64,000 nt of DNA from Saccostrea echinata (lineage: Eukaryota), in NCBI RefSeq assembly GCF_033153115.1, contig NW_026889778.1, positions 7,316,001-7,380,000 on the forward strand, written 5' to 3'. Under the pieces are notes generated by a model. It had not been told where the DNA came from and ran no database searches. It saw nothing but the letters and a program-made list of their open reading frames with translations. Shown here in pieces: positions 25,733 to 40,510 of the stretch (within the stretch, counting starts at the first letter, position 1; every line of letters starts with the position of its first letter). A program made the translations under genes and the position numbers.

Positions 25733-28700
25733 GAGTACGTGTACAGTACAATATTGGTCATGCCCCATATTGTTTTTTTACCATAAAGAATACATGGATT
25801 GTACATGTACAATTATTTGCTATCTTTTTGGCACTTTTTCATGCTTTCATTAATCCCTGTTCCCTTAAAAAACTGAGTTTTCAAAACGTGTTTTCTCTCT
25901 CTCTCTATCTCATCCGACTTATCATTTTTGAATCAATTTTGAGTTATACAATAAATTGATGTTTTCAGAAATTTCAAGAGTTACTGACTGGTGGAGCGAG
26001 GTAAAAAAACAAGAACGTAGCCCAATCGCACACCTACCAAACATCGAACATAAAAAGCTAAGAATAGAATTATGATCACTGCATTTTGAGTGTCAAAACT
26101 TCAAGAGAATTTTAGCCGCCGAAATATGGCTGAAATATTGCCGACTCGGTGTCAAACAATTATAATCAGTCAATCAAAAGAATTTAAAAAAAAATTACAT
26201 ATGGACATGATACATACGTAGTTGCTTATTTGATTGCTTGACGATTTCATTAAATTGAAGATGCTTCAAAATATATGTCAAATACCAATCAGATATGCTA
26301 GTATGTACCTGCATCCTTCCCTGTAAATACCAAGTTAGGGGAGAGCAAACAAAGTATTTTAAAAGTGTTTTGACTGCGAACGTCTACGAATGTACCTCAT
26401 CTTTTACAGGGTTTCAAATTACGAGTAATATAAGTTTTATTATTGAATCAGAATAAAGCACAGTGCATGCAACTGAATGTGTATTAGTGTTCATCTAAAT
26501 ATGCGCGGTGTAAATATAGCAGTTTTAGCTAGGTATACAATTGAAACCTCTCTCTCTCTCGTTGTGTGTGTGCGCGTGGGGGTGTGTATGTATGTATGTG
26601 TGTGTGTGTGCTAACAAAAATTTTACAGTTCCTGCTTGTGTCCGTTTTATTCGTAATTTTCAAAATGATATCCACGATTCTTGCAGGAAACGTTCTATTT
26701 ATGACGAAATTACATGTTCTTACATTGAAATGGTTGCGAGAAAATTCTCTTTACATATATATTATAACCTATGAAATGTAGCCATGATGGATGCTGAATA
26801 AATACTGTTATTTAACCATTTTTAACGATACCTTCTTCATAACGCAACGGCGTGAATTCCGTTCGATGACAATTTAATTTTACGACAGAGGAAATATTTA
26901 ATATATGTGCGCAAAGGATTGGTTAACGGTGAGAAATATTCGCGAGTAAGAAAGTTTGGTAAACTCGAGGATATTTCTCGCACACAAATTTAAATTTGGA
27001 AATAGTTGCTATATATAGTTGTATAAAGTAATAAAATACTTGTAATACGATGACAAGTAAAAAGTAACTCAATCACGTCTAATTCGAAAATCTTAGCAAA
27101 TACTCCTCTAAATTGTACCTTTTTCTCTTTTTTGCAGTTTAATTTTAAAAAGAGATAAGAGAAATCCCCTTTTTAAAGAATATTTCTGCACTGTTCAGTT
27201 ATTCTTTCTTGTTTCAATGCACCATTAATTTCTTCATCCACTTCAACATCACCTGAAAGAAAAAATATGAATAAATGTTATTTATTCTAGATCTATGTGC
27301 GTTCCAAATAAAAGTTATAATTTTTATTAAAAAGTTTGAAAAAAATGATTCATTTTTTGCAAGAATTTATATTCTGGTGATGTTCATAATAGAGATTTAT
27401 AATATTTACATAAAACTAATTTCTTATGTTGTACTGAATTATAATTATTCTTTAATTTGTGCAATACAATAAACATGAGAATTTTGACCTCTTTATCATA
27501 TTTGTTTTTTTTTTTTTGTTTTTTTTTTAAATTTTCTATTGCTATTTTAAATATACTATGTATAATTAAGAATGGACATGATGCGCTTAAAATAAACAAA
27601 ATTGAAAATTTTGATTCAAGGACAACATATTTCGACATTCACTCATATCCTGTAGATTTATCAGAGAAACAAACTATTAACTTTTCCGATGAAGCCCACA
27701 AACGGAAACTCTAAATAAATATTTAATTTCCTTAAAGTAACCTTTCTGAGTTGTTCGAATGCTTTATATTGATACTCGTTTGGCTTGAAAAACAAAGAAT
27801 TCCATATGATGATATCAGTGTCAAAGTTCTTCATTTTATGGATGTACTTCTGTGCTACTATGCTTTTTGTCAGTATAATAAAAGGTAAGTCTTTTCTCTT
27901 TTCCAAGCTTCAATATTGAAACAAACGATATGTAGTCTAGGTATATTAAACAAACGAATTATAACTATACGTGAATCACGAAAAAGTAAATCTTAAAATT
28001 TTATTTTAATGGATATGAAATAAAATATTTTGGATATTCTATATGCAAATGCCTTTTCAAAGTTGTATTTTGGGGATTGTTTAAAAGTTGACTCTCAAAG
28101 ATGTGAAGCACAACAGTCGTCTACAAATGGAACACATTCTGCAAATAATGCTTGTGATGATGACATGGAGACATATTCCCTAACTATGGACGGCAAAAAT
28201 CAGACGTGGTCAATGACTCTTGAAAGGGTTCATAAAATCTTCTGGATTTTCTCAGCATTAGTTGTGGTATTCATGAAAATATTATGAGACTAAAAACTTT
28301 TAACTTGTATGATTTTAAAATCTTTACCTTGCTTGTATGATTGCATATTTGATACGAAAATCATAATTATTATTTTTACCATGCAAATACTTTCCTAGCT
28401 GTTTTTTTCTTCTTCTAAAAGGGAGGTATGATATCCATATACAACTAAACACGTCTAAAATTCGACCTCGTAAACATATTGAGATAGCTTGCAATATTAC
28501 CAGTAAGACTGAGGTTGTTACTTGCGATCCCTCTGGAGTTGTTCTTGGAAACAAAATTATAATAAGAAGAGTAGATGATGGTGCTATACAAGTTAATGAA
28601 GTTAAGTCAATAGGTATGAATTATTCGGGGTTTGCTTTTCATCTTTTTACAAGGGACGATGCGTTACTTTAACATATGAGAGTTCTTTTAATTATTTTTT

Positions 28701-31280
28701 AGCTCTTCATAAGGGTCAGTCCATATAAATACAAGGAACAACAAGGTCTTTATAATTTGTTTCTTTTCATGATTAGATTTTACAACCTTGAAAAAAATCA
28801 AGGTAAAAACACAATCTGTTGATTTCAATGGAAAGGATGCTTTTGACGGCAATCTAGATTCTCACATTTTAACAGAGGAAAGAAAAAATGCAACATGGTA
28901 TATGACAATGGAGGAAATATACGCGATAAAATGGATACTCATTTCTATAAGAGGAGGTAGTGTATATTATTAGTTTACTGATATTTGTAAAATTTCAGAA
29001 TTTGATGGAATTTGTTCCTGTATAACTTTCAATTTTCTATTTAACTAGGAAATTACGAATTGCATATAACAATTGATGGGGTGTTCGTCTCCAATGAATC
29101 GACAATTTGCAGTAATTTAAATTTACATAACCTTTCTAAAAAATACCAGATTATCGTAGAATGTGAAAGAGAAATGAAGGGAAACTCTATCACAATAAAA
29201 AGGACATATGAGGGACCGATTAGACTGTTTGAAGTGCATCCTATCCGTAAGTAAATAATTCCCTTTAATTAGCAGTAATCAATAATGTAATATGTAATAA
29301 GGTAAGCAAAACTAACCAGCAATGGATTTCCTCACTAATATCAATTTTAGCATGCCCACTAAAATTCTTACACTAGATTTTATGCTGCTTATTTTAAAAA
29401 ATATTATTTTAGTTTGTCCAGGTTTTCATTATGGAATAAACTGTGCTAAATGCAAAAAGGCGTGTTTATCCTGCAATCCTATATCAGGTGTATGTCAGCA
29501 ATGCTTTGGATCTTTCTTTGGTAATTTTTGTCAACATCAATGTCCAACAAGTTGTTTGAAGTCGACATGTGACCAACTGACCGGAAGTTGTAATAGCTGT
29601 AGAGATGGATATCATGGAAAGTACTGTGAACTTCAGATGTCTATAGATTGTAGGTTGAAATATTCATTTCAATTCAAACCATTATTTTTAATGCTCTTTC
29701 TTTCATATCCGTAACTGTTTTTTTTTTCTCATTTCAAAATGTTTTCTTCCATGTTTTAACTACCCTGGTTGTCATGGTAACGAACTTTCATTTATTTTTG
29801 CCCCATTTACGCTCATTTCAAGCATGAAAACGCTACATACTTGATGTCACATGATTTAATTATCTTTTATATTTCAAGATAATTCATGCATAATATGAGT
29901 AGAATAAAAGAAGTTTCAAATAACACAACACAAAAAAATCTTAATATCTCTGCAAATTCTTAAGCTGGTGGCTCAAAGATGGTCAATTGTACATTTTGAA
30001 TATGACCATTTTTCAAGAAGTCTGTTAAGAAATGAAGGCAATTCAGAAAAAAAAAAAATTAAACATATTATACCAACATTAGTTCATAATTATGAGACGT
30101 TGAGTGAAGATATTTTTTCGTTTTCATTATTTTTTAACTTCAAAAATTGACATTTTGCCAAAAATATTTTTTTTTAATGTTATCAGACAGTGGCTTCTCG
30201 CTTATTAATAGGACAAACTGAATGAAAGAATATCTAAGATATAATTTTATATAAAACAATTTTGTTTAACTTATTATTATTTTTCTATATGATTCATTAC
30301 AAAGGGCAGATAACTACAAAACTAGGGAAAAATTAGCAATATATCTTTTTGCAGTAAAGAAATTTTCAAATACTAGATTTTTAAAAAAAATGGAAAAATT
30401 CAAGGGATAAAAATTACAATATTTCTTTTTTAACCAAAAATAAAAAATAAATAAATATACATGAATGAAAAAAAAAAGAAATAATTGTAAATTAAGCATT
30501 TAATACGTGTTCATTGATCTGAGGTAGATATTATTTTGATCACCAATGTTGATGTTCCCCATTTAAATTTTGATGCTTCCAATGCAGATACATATCTATA
30601 TATTGATTTTATTCAGCTGAAAAATTGTATCTATTTAGACGGACCATACAACTAACAACACATTCCAAATAAACCATTTATTTATGGTCTTACAATCAGT
30701 ATACTACTGAGTTAAATCATGGCCAGTCTCTTGTTCTTGCCTTATCACATATTAATCACTTTGACAGACGTTACTGAAGATGACAAGCGGATTCACAGGA
30801 TATACATATACCTGTTACATTCTTTCCTGCAGAAATTAAAGGTTTTGATATATAAACACAGGTAATTCATGTAGAAATCATGACGTCTATAAAAAAATGT
30901 AAATCCAATGTAACGGCTGGCAAATAACATTTAATAATAATAAAATTCATTTCCATATCAAGACTCTTGTCATCCTTGTTTCTTATTCAAAATAACGAGG
31001 GGTTATCAAAAAGTTCGCAAACTAATCGAATAACTTCCATAAAAGAAATAAAATTAGATTTCGGTGTTTATTATTTTTTTAAGTAGTCATTTCCTATTTT
31101 AATGCAACATCTGCCACCGTTCTGCCCATTACGTGATCCAAGCTCTGTGGCGTTCTGTTCACAGAAGCTAAAAGATTTTTCTGAATCTTATATTTCTTTC
31201 CATGCAAGTTATTTTTAAAACTAGAATAGTCCATTTTTCACAAATGGCCAAATTTCGGCAATAGGATGGATAAGGATATG

Positions 31281-31637
31281 ATGAAATATGTTGAGATAAC
31301 GAACAGTATTCGCGCTCAAAAGTCTATTAAACATTACAAAATAGGAGCAGAGCAAACATGGACCTCTAAGACATCAGAGGTGGGATCAGGTGCCATGGAG
31401 GAGTGAGCATCCCCTGCCGACTGGTCACACCCGCCGTGTGCTCCTTGTCATGATCGGGAAATAACGGAAAAATCCGTCGACAATGTCAGTCAGCATTTGA
31501 CTTAATGATAGATTTTATTTGCTGACAAGGTCATTGTACCGACCATAGAACTTACGAAATGATGACTTTAAACGAGATTGCTGATATTCTTGTTACATTA
31601 TCTTGTTTATCAATAACTTACATCGTTTTAGAAAACT
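31281..31637 (-). mobile_element. Naiad-type PLE 3' fragment
   Basis: Matches 15691-16085 with an internal deletion. Confidence 0.8.
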
Positions 31638-32390
31638 AAGGACGTACAGTCCAAAATTAACCCACCAATAGTCTATATATGGAACACTCTTTTAAGTTAT
31701 AGTGATAAAATACACTATACATGACAGTGCGTGGCCGAGCATTTCTAACAGAGAATTGATAAAAAGTCGTCCGAGTGTAACACGCATCATAAACAGTAAT
31801 CATGATTTATTCATTTAAACAGGTTTGCCTAATGTGCACAACCTCGATACGCTTCTGGCATATTCGGAATTTCCAAAAGGATTCTCTTTGTATTAATCAA
31901 TGATTTAACACCAAGAAGATTGAAATCGTTGAAAAATGTACTGAAGCGCGACGATTTATTCGTAAAAGGAAAAGAAACTACTTGTGTGTTGTAGAAAACG
32001 AATGAGATCTCAGAAATGGTAACATATCAAGACACTTAACTTATATGAGTAGTAGACCTTAAGGAGTACGAAAAACCATTCGGGTTCAGAGCGTCAGTCG
32101 TACGTCACATTCAATCGTCACAGGAAGTGATTAAAGAAATCAAAAATTTTAAAGTTTTCTCTTTTTAAATAAAACGTGCATCATACATGTATCATTTTAT
32201 CTCTTTTACAGTTTCTATATGTGTAAGTCTCACCAGAAACAGAAAACCACATCTTCCAGTTTTGAGAAAAACAACATAGTTGGAGTTTTTAACTTTCCCA
32301 TAAAAATAGCTTATAGATAAAGTTCTTGAAATGACTTTTATATATCTTATTGAGACTACAGATTTCTGGAGTGTCGCCAAACTTCTTTTT

Positions 32391-32509
32391 GAAATATATG
32401 AAGATAACGAACAGTATTCAAGTTCAAAAGTCCATTAAACAATACAAAATAGGAGCAGAGCAAACACGGACCTCCAAAACATCAGAGGTGGGATCAGGTG
32501 CCATGGAGT
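32391..32509 (-). mobile_element. Naiad-type PLE 3' terminal fragment
   Basis: Matches 15692-15810. Confidence 0.8.
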
Positions 32510-35500
32510 AAAATTCACTTCCTGTCGCGTGTTTTCCTGTTCTCAAAATAAGATTTTGTTCAAGCAATTGTTCAGCAACAGAAAAACGACTGATAGTAAG
32601 TCATAAGTTTATTTACTTCATGTGAAAATCGTACGTTACCGTCACGTTCGTGACAGGAAGCGATGCAAAAAAAGTGAATTTTTCAGGTTTTTTTTTTCTT
32701 TTTACAGAAATGTTTGGCTAATGCGGATGTTAGATAGAACCTGACTATGCAAATTATTTTCACCGGAAGTGCTGTCTTGAAAACTGGAAGTTGTCTTAAA
32801 CATGAGTAATTTTTTTATGGAAACTTTAAGGAATGATCAGTTGTGGATAATTTAGATGTATAATGACCTTTTAATTCGTTTGGAGAACTTCCAGTCATAA
32901 CAAAAGAAGATAAAGAAAAACAGGAAAGTAATTTAAAAAGAAGGATATTTCATTTTGCATCTTTATTTTCTATCCTTGGAAGGTTTGAGATGATCTCTAT
33001 TAATCATTTAGCCTTATCTGATGTATACCATTGTTTTCAGAAGGAGTCAAGAAAATGGAAGACCTGTTATTGCCTAGGCAATAAGTTTCTTCTTCTTATT
33101 ATTATTATTATTATTAATGAAAACTCTCTTACCGAAAATTATTTTATATTTCGATTGAAATGCATCGGATACTTATAAAGGAGAGCGGAAGAGCCAGTGA
33201 TCCATATAATACAAGGCTGTTGCAGCATTAAACGGTCAGCTTCTGGAATATTATTTGCTTTTTATATTTCTATTATTATGAGAAGTTTTATTTTTGATTC
33301 TAAGTATCTTCTGCATTAATTCACACAGGCAAAACAATCCCAGGTTTCTAGACGAATGCATCTTTGCTTTGTTGTACCGGAAATTTCCAGTTACAGAAAG
33401 TGACGCTGACTTGAATTGTCAATAGTCAATACGTCGGGTAACTACTGCTCGTCAGGATTGTCACAGGATGATTTCACATTAAATAAATCTCGATTTACAA
33501 TTGCCAACACTTCTTTGTGGACATACGCGGAATGAGGCTGTTTCAATAAATTCAGAAGAAATTTGCCCAGTATCAACTAATTATGTTTTCATGAAAGAAA
33601 TCACAATAATGGAATGAAAATTCCATATGAAGCTTGTTTTAACACAAATTTTTAGATATGAATGCTCGTTACATTGCAGAATATTATTGCAAAACTACAC
33701 TGGTACATGGGTGTGCATTAGACTGGCGGGTTAAAAGTTTTGATTGTCATATATTTTGAGATGTCTTTAAACTTCACTTAAAAATAGATAAACAATTTAA
33801 TTTTTAAAATTATCAGGCTTTATTTTTTTATATTTTAAGTAAATATTTGCATATCTTTTTCATCGTCACCCATTAGCAAAATACTTAGTTGTTTTTTTTT
33901 AAACAAATAACCAAAACCCATCAGAAAAGTAGCGCTTCTGTACATTTTCAGAAAAGGAATTGCAGCTGGTGGAGATTTTTCAGAATTAGGCTGATTATTT
34001 AGATGAGGAGGTCGAAAAATCCATCACCTCGGAATATTGCAATATGACGTCACAATTGATGTCCTTGCAACAGTGTATCAGGGAATTACCAGAGAAGCAC
34101 AATGGTACCTTAGAAGAAGAATTCAATGTAAGTTTCATCAGTCTACTGGGCCTTTAATATTTTCATCAAGCCTTTGCTTAATGACTTTTCATACTTTTAT
34201 TCCAAACAAAGTGTAAAACAAGAATTCATTGTAAAAGTTTAAAGCAATGATATTAAACATTTACTGGCCTTTGAGCATAAATCAAATATTGCTTGAAGTT
34301 CTGCCTTCAGAAAGATAATTCTGTACAATATCATGCAGTAGATATCTAATAAAGTGAGAGATACAAAACTTCATTTTTTTTTCTCTTTTCTTCTCTAAAA
34401 GTGGCTAGGAATAATGCTATTGTAGCAAATATTCTAGTGAGCAAATCTAACAATTTTTTTAATTAAAGGATTCTGCAGAGGGTTCCTTTGGAGAAATTTG
34501 TGAAAAATTAAAACAAAAGATTATGCATTTCTCTGATGAAAAATTGTTGAAAATGAATTAACAATCATAAAAATGTTTACAATAGATAGCAACGGCATTA
34601 ATAAGCACCACACAATAACTTCAAAATTGTTCCACAAAATTTGGGCAACCGGAAGTTGGGTGGATTTGGTAGGGACACCAAGGCACTGAATGACTGACTA
34701 CTAAGCGATATGGTAGTCAATCAGGGTATATGATTTGATTTTTAAGTGGGAGACTGCTCCCGTCGCAACCTCACGACCACCACTGGTAATCACCAACTTC
34801 ATATATATATAATTTTCTATTTTTTACCTTTCCATACATGTGATGATCTGAGGAAATATTTAAAAGAGTTTTTGAAATAAAGATACATAAAGTTTGAACA
34901 CTCATATTTTATGGTTTTCATAAATTAACTTGGAAAAAAGATTTAATAGTTACAATTACATTGACAGTAATGTTTAACCTTAATTGTATTACGTAATAGT
35001 AAAAAAAACATATTTTTCAAATTGAATAGTAAATACGTGCATGCACGCTTCCCCACAATTTACCTCTCAAACAGACGAAGAAATGTTAGAATACATGATG
35101 TAATATGAGAAATACGAAGAAAGATCATTGCAGCAGAAATAATCGTTGGTAACGCAAACATTGGATTTCATCAAATCATGATAATAATTCTGAAAACATA
35201 TGAGTATGTATTGTCACTTTGGATAATTTACATTATCTGGTATTCAAACGTGTTTAGGATGAGGAAAAACAAGTGACACAGTTTCACTTTACCACTTGGT
35301 CTGACAACTCCGTCTCAGAGGATCTGACGTCATTATCCGTTTTTCTTACCTTTAAAGCAAGAGCTCATTGGATCAGACGGATCAATAGTTGTAGAAACAA
35401 TTAATATTAATCCTTCCATCTTTCCATGGAATTGCGTAATTCATTGTTTTTTCATAGGTTTTTTTTTTTTTTTTTTTCAATTAAATTGTATATAGTAGAC

Positions 35501-38500
35501 TATTACAAAGTAATTGTCTAAATGGATTTGTTTGATAAGTATGGAAATATGTAGGTATTGATCGCCTTAGTTTATTTTAACGTAGTATCTACGTCGTATG
35601 ACTTTATAGTCAAGTGGAAAAATCCAAGAATGTCTACAACTGTGAGTATAAATTTAGTAATATCTATCATGCTATGACATGAATTTCTTTTGCATAATTA
35701 TTTGTTAAATATTCATTTGAATTTTCATTGGTTGGTGTATATTAATGTTTCCCTAAAATGTTATCTTTAAAATTAAAAAAAAAAATACGTTTTTAAAATA
35801 AATATTCACATTGTTTATCTGAGCCAACCCAAAATCAATCTTTTAATCACTAAATTCTGTAAGTTAAAATAGGTCAACAGAGCAGTTTTCTAATCATTTG
35901 GGTAACTATGTTCTTTATCATATTAGAGAACATTTTGACAAAGACTTTTGAAAAATATTTACAAATTGAGGGTGCTAAATTGACTCAAAAATATTGAGTG
36001 TATTTGCCTATTTCTCTTGAAATGTGGACGTATTATTTTATATCAATTGAATAAAAAAGAATTTATTCTTCAATAAAATTGCTTAATACTGTTCAGTTAA
36101 TAAAGCCTATAAACGAAGATGTTTGAAGAAACACTTTTGTGATTTTCTATATTCTCTTTGTGGCTGAAAATGTGTAGTCGCACTGTATAATGATGGGTCC
36201 AAGTTCCAAAGGCCGCACTACATTTAATAAAAAGGAAACATTCCATTTACTCTTTAGTGATTGATAAGCGAGTGCTAATGTATCATTTCGGAAAGTTTCA
36301 AAATCCTGTGACAAAGACTTTTTTCAACATAGGTTCTACTTTAAGCACAGCTGGAAACGGGCGCTGCTGAACTAACGATTAAAGTCAAAGGATACGTAAA
36401 TTCTCTCCGACATCCTCACGGGAAAGCTGTACATACTTGGTGCCCTTTGTAGCATTATCACATCAAGTCTTTTAGCTTAATGAACTTAATACCTCCTCAA
36501 GTTTATGATAGAAACCTACATATATTTAATTTGCCTAATTTGCTTAAGATGGATTTATAAAGAAATAAAGAATTTTTTTTTCTGAATTTTATTGATTTTC
36601 TCATAATTTATCTCATCAACCACTTAAAAAAATCTGTCTGCTTGACGATGTACAAGATGTGATGTTTTCATTTATGAATTACATGTATTTTCTTAAAAAT
36701 GTATCTGATATAAAACCCATATTTTCTTACGTTTTTTCCTGTACCAAAGAAATACCAAGGGTTGCTCCAACCTTTCACTGATAATGTCTAAAACAATTTT
36801 ATGGTGAAGGGAGTTTGATTAAATGTATGTAAAATGAACATTATACACCTTCAAATTACCGAAGATTGGGCATAACATTTTTTCTGTCTGTTTGTCAGTC
36901 TGTCTCAGAAACTTTCATACACCTGTACATATATTTAGTCCGATTTCTACATCATTGTAATTAAATCAAGCATATTTAGTAAATAAATATACCATGCTCT
37001 TTGTACCTGTTCGTGATAAAGATAAAAACATGACAAGTCTCATGTTTGTGGCAAATGTCAGCATTTATCATGAAATATGGAGATAATGAAAAGTAATCAA
37101 GCTTGAAAAGCCATTAGATCAGGTAATTTTAAGCATCCCCAGTCGACCAGCTGTTGTGTGCTCATTGTTTAGAGAAAAGAGTACCAATTAATTTCCCATA
37201 GAACTCAATACAAATTTTAGGCCTTCTCAGTACTTACCTATGGTAATTTCAGACAAATCCTTGGTATCATTTGAAACTTTGTTCTAAGCACTTACAAAAT
37301 ATGCTTAAAAATGTAGGATCCCATGGCGTTTGTACGTCAAAATTGCCCTTGTACGCAACTTAACGATCTGCAGTAAATGACACTCTACATCAAAAAATCA
37401 ACCCCCACTCCTACAATTTCCCAAGGTATTTCTATACTTTCTATAATATTTCCTCATTCCATCATTTATTTCAAACATTAATATTTTTATTTTAAAAACG
37501 AAGATAATTACATACCTGAATTCAGCCAATCAGGTAATGCCTACCTATTCAGTACTCTGATCTAATCTACTGTGTGCAACAAACAGAGCCACGTGTTTAT
37601 CCAGGGACTTGGTACTTTCATTCCTTATGATAAAAAACAACTGGAATACGGAACGAGTTTGGTTTATTGATGTCCTTTTTTAAAACTTCTAAAGTAGAAA
37701 GAGAAGTACTTAATTCCCTGAGAAACAATACTAATATTGTTATAAAAAAGGGGGACAAAAGCAACACAATAGTTTTTTTTTTTAAAGACGAAGACCAGCA
37801 TATCTCAGAGGCGTTGCGCTAATTGCAATCCAAACATTACATGCAAGTTGAAAAACTCATCTAATATAACTTGCGTAAAATCATACAAAATAAAGTTACT
37901 GTGATGCACTCTAAGGGAACAAAAAATACGGCACAAATTCTCGGTAAAATGCGGTCATCTTTACTTGCTCCCTAAGATACACAAAATCAAAGATAATGTC
38001 CAAGATGTCCAAATGAAAGACCGATATAGCATCAGACAGCAACCACCTGCTCGCCCTATTATTTCACAGTGTGATACGCCAACACGGAACATAGGCGCTT
38101 ACTGTGATTATTTTCTTATTCCTATGGTACACATGATTACCGAATAAAACCCATTTATAAAGGGTTTAAAAAAAACTTTCTCAAAAGCTGGAATATTTTG
38201 AAAACAGATACAATTTGCAAAGGGATATTTATCGATGGACGAATAATCGCCAATAATAAACACAAAACCATAGGCAAAATGATATAATAATTCAGTCAAG
38301 CTCACAATAGCTTAAGACTTTATAAAAGGTAGACCCCTGATGACGGCGGGCCTTCAGATCAAAGAAATAAAATCATATTCCCCCCGCCGAAACATTCAAT
38401 AATTCAAAATAAACATAACTGTTAAAATATTTGCCAATTGGAAAAGAAACATAAGCAAAATTTATGTAAACAAAAATATGATATAGGAGTTAAAAAGCAT

Positions 38501-38519
38501 ATATCGTAAATATTATGAG

Positions 38520-40510
38520 TGAGTTGGGATCAGTTGCCTAGGAGGCATAAGCATTCCCTGTTGACTGGTCATACATATACCCACCGTGAGCCCTATGTAT
38601 AGATCCGATAGATGGAACATTCTGTGGTCGAATTCTGTATCAAAAAAAGACCCAACAACTAATTTGAACCACGTCAGCAAGCATACGACCCAGTGACAGG
38701 TTATATTTCCTAATAACGTCAATATAACGACTATAGAATTTACGGAATGCTGACTTTGAACGAAGTTGTCAAAATCTGAGCAACAAAGATGCAAACGTTT
38801 AACACTACGCTGCATACTTTGAAACATAATTTTTGCTATATCGACAACATATTGTCAATTAACATTAGTTACAACCTTTCAGATGTCGATTGAACAAATG
38901 CCAGTTTATTCAACATCAAAGACACCACAGAGTCTGCCAATCAGTTTCATATCTGGATGTTTTACTGACTACAAACGACAAGGGACAACTAACAACTTTA
39001 TTGTGTGACTGATTAGATACTTCACGTTTTTCATCGTCAACTTTCCTTATTTTTGTAGTTATATACCCCTATCACCTGTATATGATGTTTATGTCGCCCA
39101 GCTTATTCGATACTAAAGAAGACTGAGGCAGGTTACCGAGAAATATGTTGATGCTACAAGGATTTCAAAAACCTTGTTTAAAGTCACGCAGCTGTGCTAA
39201 GGAAGCACTAAGATAATCTGATTTGACTCAATTAGTAATGCAATTTGACGTCATAGTAGGCGAGATGACGTCAATTTTAGAACACAAGTTTTCTAAGTAC
39301 TGCTATTTGGAGATATAATTTTTACTCCTGAATTAAATAGAAACTTGCAAATATAAACAAAATAAAATGTTTTTATTTCTCTATGCTGTATCTGTCACTT
39401 GAATTAAAAACTCCGACCGATGACGTCATATATGTTCAACAAGTAACTTGAGAATTGGTCATGTTGTGTAACGAGAATTTGGCTAAGACGGCACGTTAAA
39501 AAGGGGGTTTAGAAGCAAATACCGCGAATATTGTGATTCATGTGAAGTTAAAGTTTGTTAAACAGGTATGCTTATTTATGTTCATTGATTATATCTTCTA
39601 TTGAAAACAGACAGCTTTTTTCGTATCCCGGACGGCCTTTCCTCTGTCATTCGTGACAACAATAATGCAAAAGAACAACACTAAGCTGGATACTCAAAAC
39701 CTAATATTTGTACATATCGAAAGCTTGCGTTCTATAAAACTTTGAAAGTGCTGCTAAAAACGTGAAGTAAACTTGGTTTGAAGAAATATCTCGGGTTATA
39801 TGTATAAAATGCAAAACATTGGGTAAGGCTTCGTGCGAATATGTGGAATAATTCTTTTCTCGACCGGACAGTGGGATTCTAGCAGCAATTTTTAGGCATA
39901 AGAGATGTTTTTCAACTATATTATTTACTCAAAGAAATTACCAAACCCCGGGGTATTGTTATTCTGTTAACTTTTTTACTGAGGAATATTTTGCTATTAA
40001 TAGCAGTCACGTAATGACGTTGTGGTGGTGCACTTCTTGGCCTCAGACACTCTGTTGTCTTTATACAATAATTAATAATAGTTTACGTTATATCGGCGAC
40101 TTTGATAAATTACGAAACTTTATTTTCTTTAAAAAGTCTTAATTTCCAGAGAAACGATTTGTATGCTTCCTTAACATACCCGCGCATCATTCATTAAATT
40201 CTATGGTCCTTATGATGGTCATGTTAAAAATACAATTTTTAATTGGGTCATATTTGGACCAACATATTTAACATATTTCAAACCAATTGTTAGGCCTTCG
40301 TTTTCTGTTAAATTTAACTACGGAATATTTTGTCAATACATAGGTTCAGTGGGGTGTGATCAGTCGTCAGGGGATGCTCGCTCCTCTTAGGCACTTAACT
40401 CCACACCTTGACTTTCTGGGGGGTCTGTGTTTTACATGTATGTCCATTTGCCAGATTAGTATTATTTATAGGTTAGTTTGAGGTTGATCACCGTTCGTTA
40501 TCTTCTTTTT
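38520..40510. mobile_element. Old inverted pair of Naiad-type PLE fragments, interrupted by a DNA transposon
   Basis: 38520-38780 is a minus-strand 3' UTR; ~38810-39186 and 40185-40510 are plus-strand RT thumb and 3' UTR. Confidence 0.65.
39187..40184. mobile_element. ~1-kb non-autonomous TIR transposon, copy 1
   Basis: TIR CGCAGCTGTGCTAAGGAAGCA...TGCTTCCTTAACATACCCGCG; 2-bp TSD CA within PLE sequence; colinear with 57875-58880. Confidence 0.8.

Larger units (their letters stand above)
27806..36439 (+). pseudogene. Receptor PTP copy B (disabled)
   Basis: Exons 27806-27884 (signal peptide), 28088-28266 (179 nt, 1-bp deletion near 28251), 28422-28613, 28777-28956, 29049-29246, 29413-29649. 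Decayed juxtamembrane exon ~33901-34127 (TAG at 33987), WPD exon 35258-35393 (WSD, no HC), P-loop exon remnant 36351-36439. Confidence 0.78.

Noticed and set aside
33178-33284. Possible decayed TM exon of copy B
   Set aside because: Only a short hydrophobic stretch in AT-rich sequence, with no clear alignment to 47320-47428.
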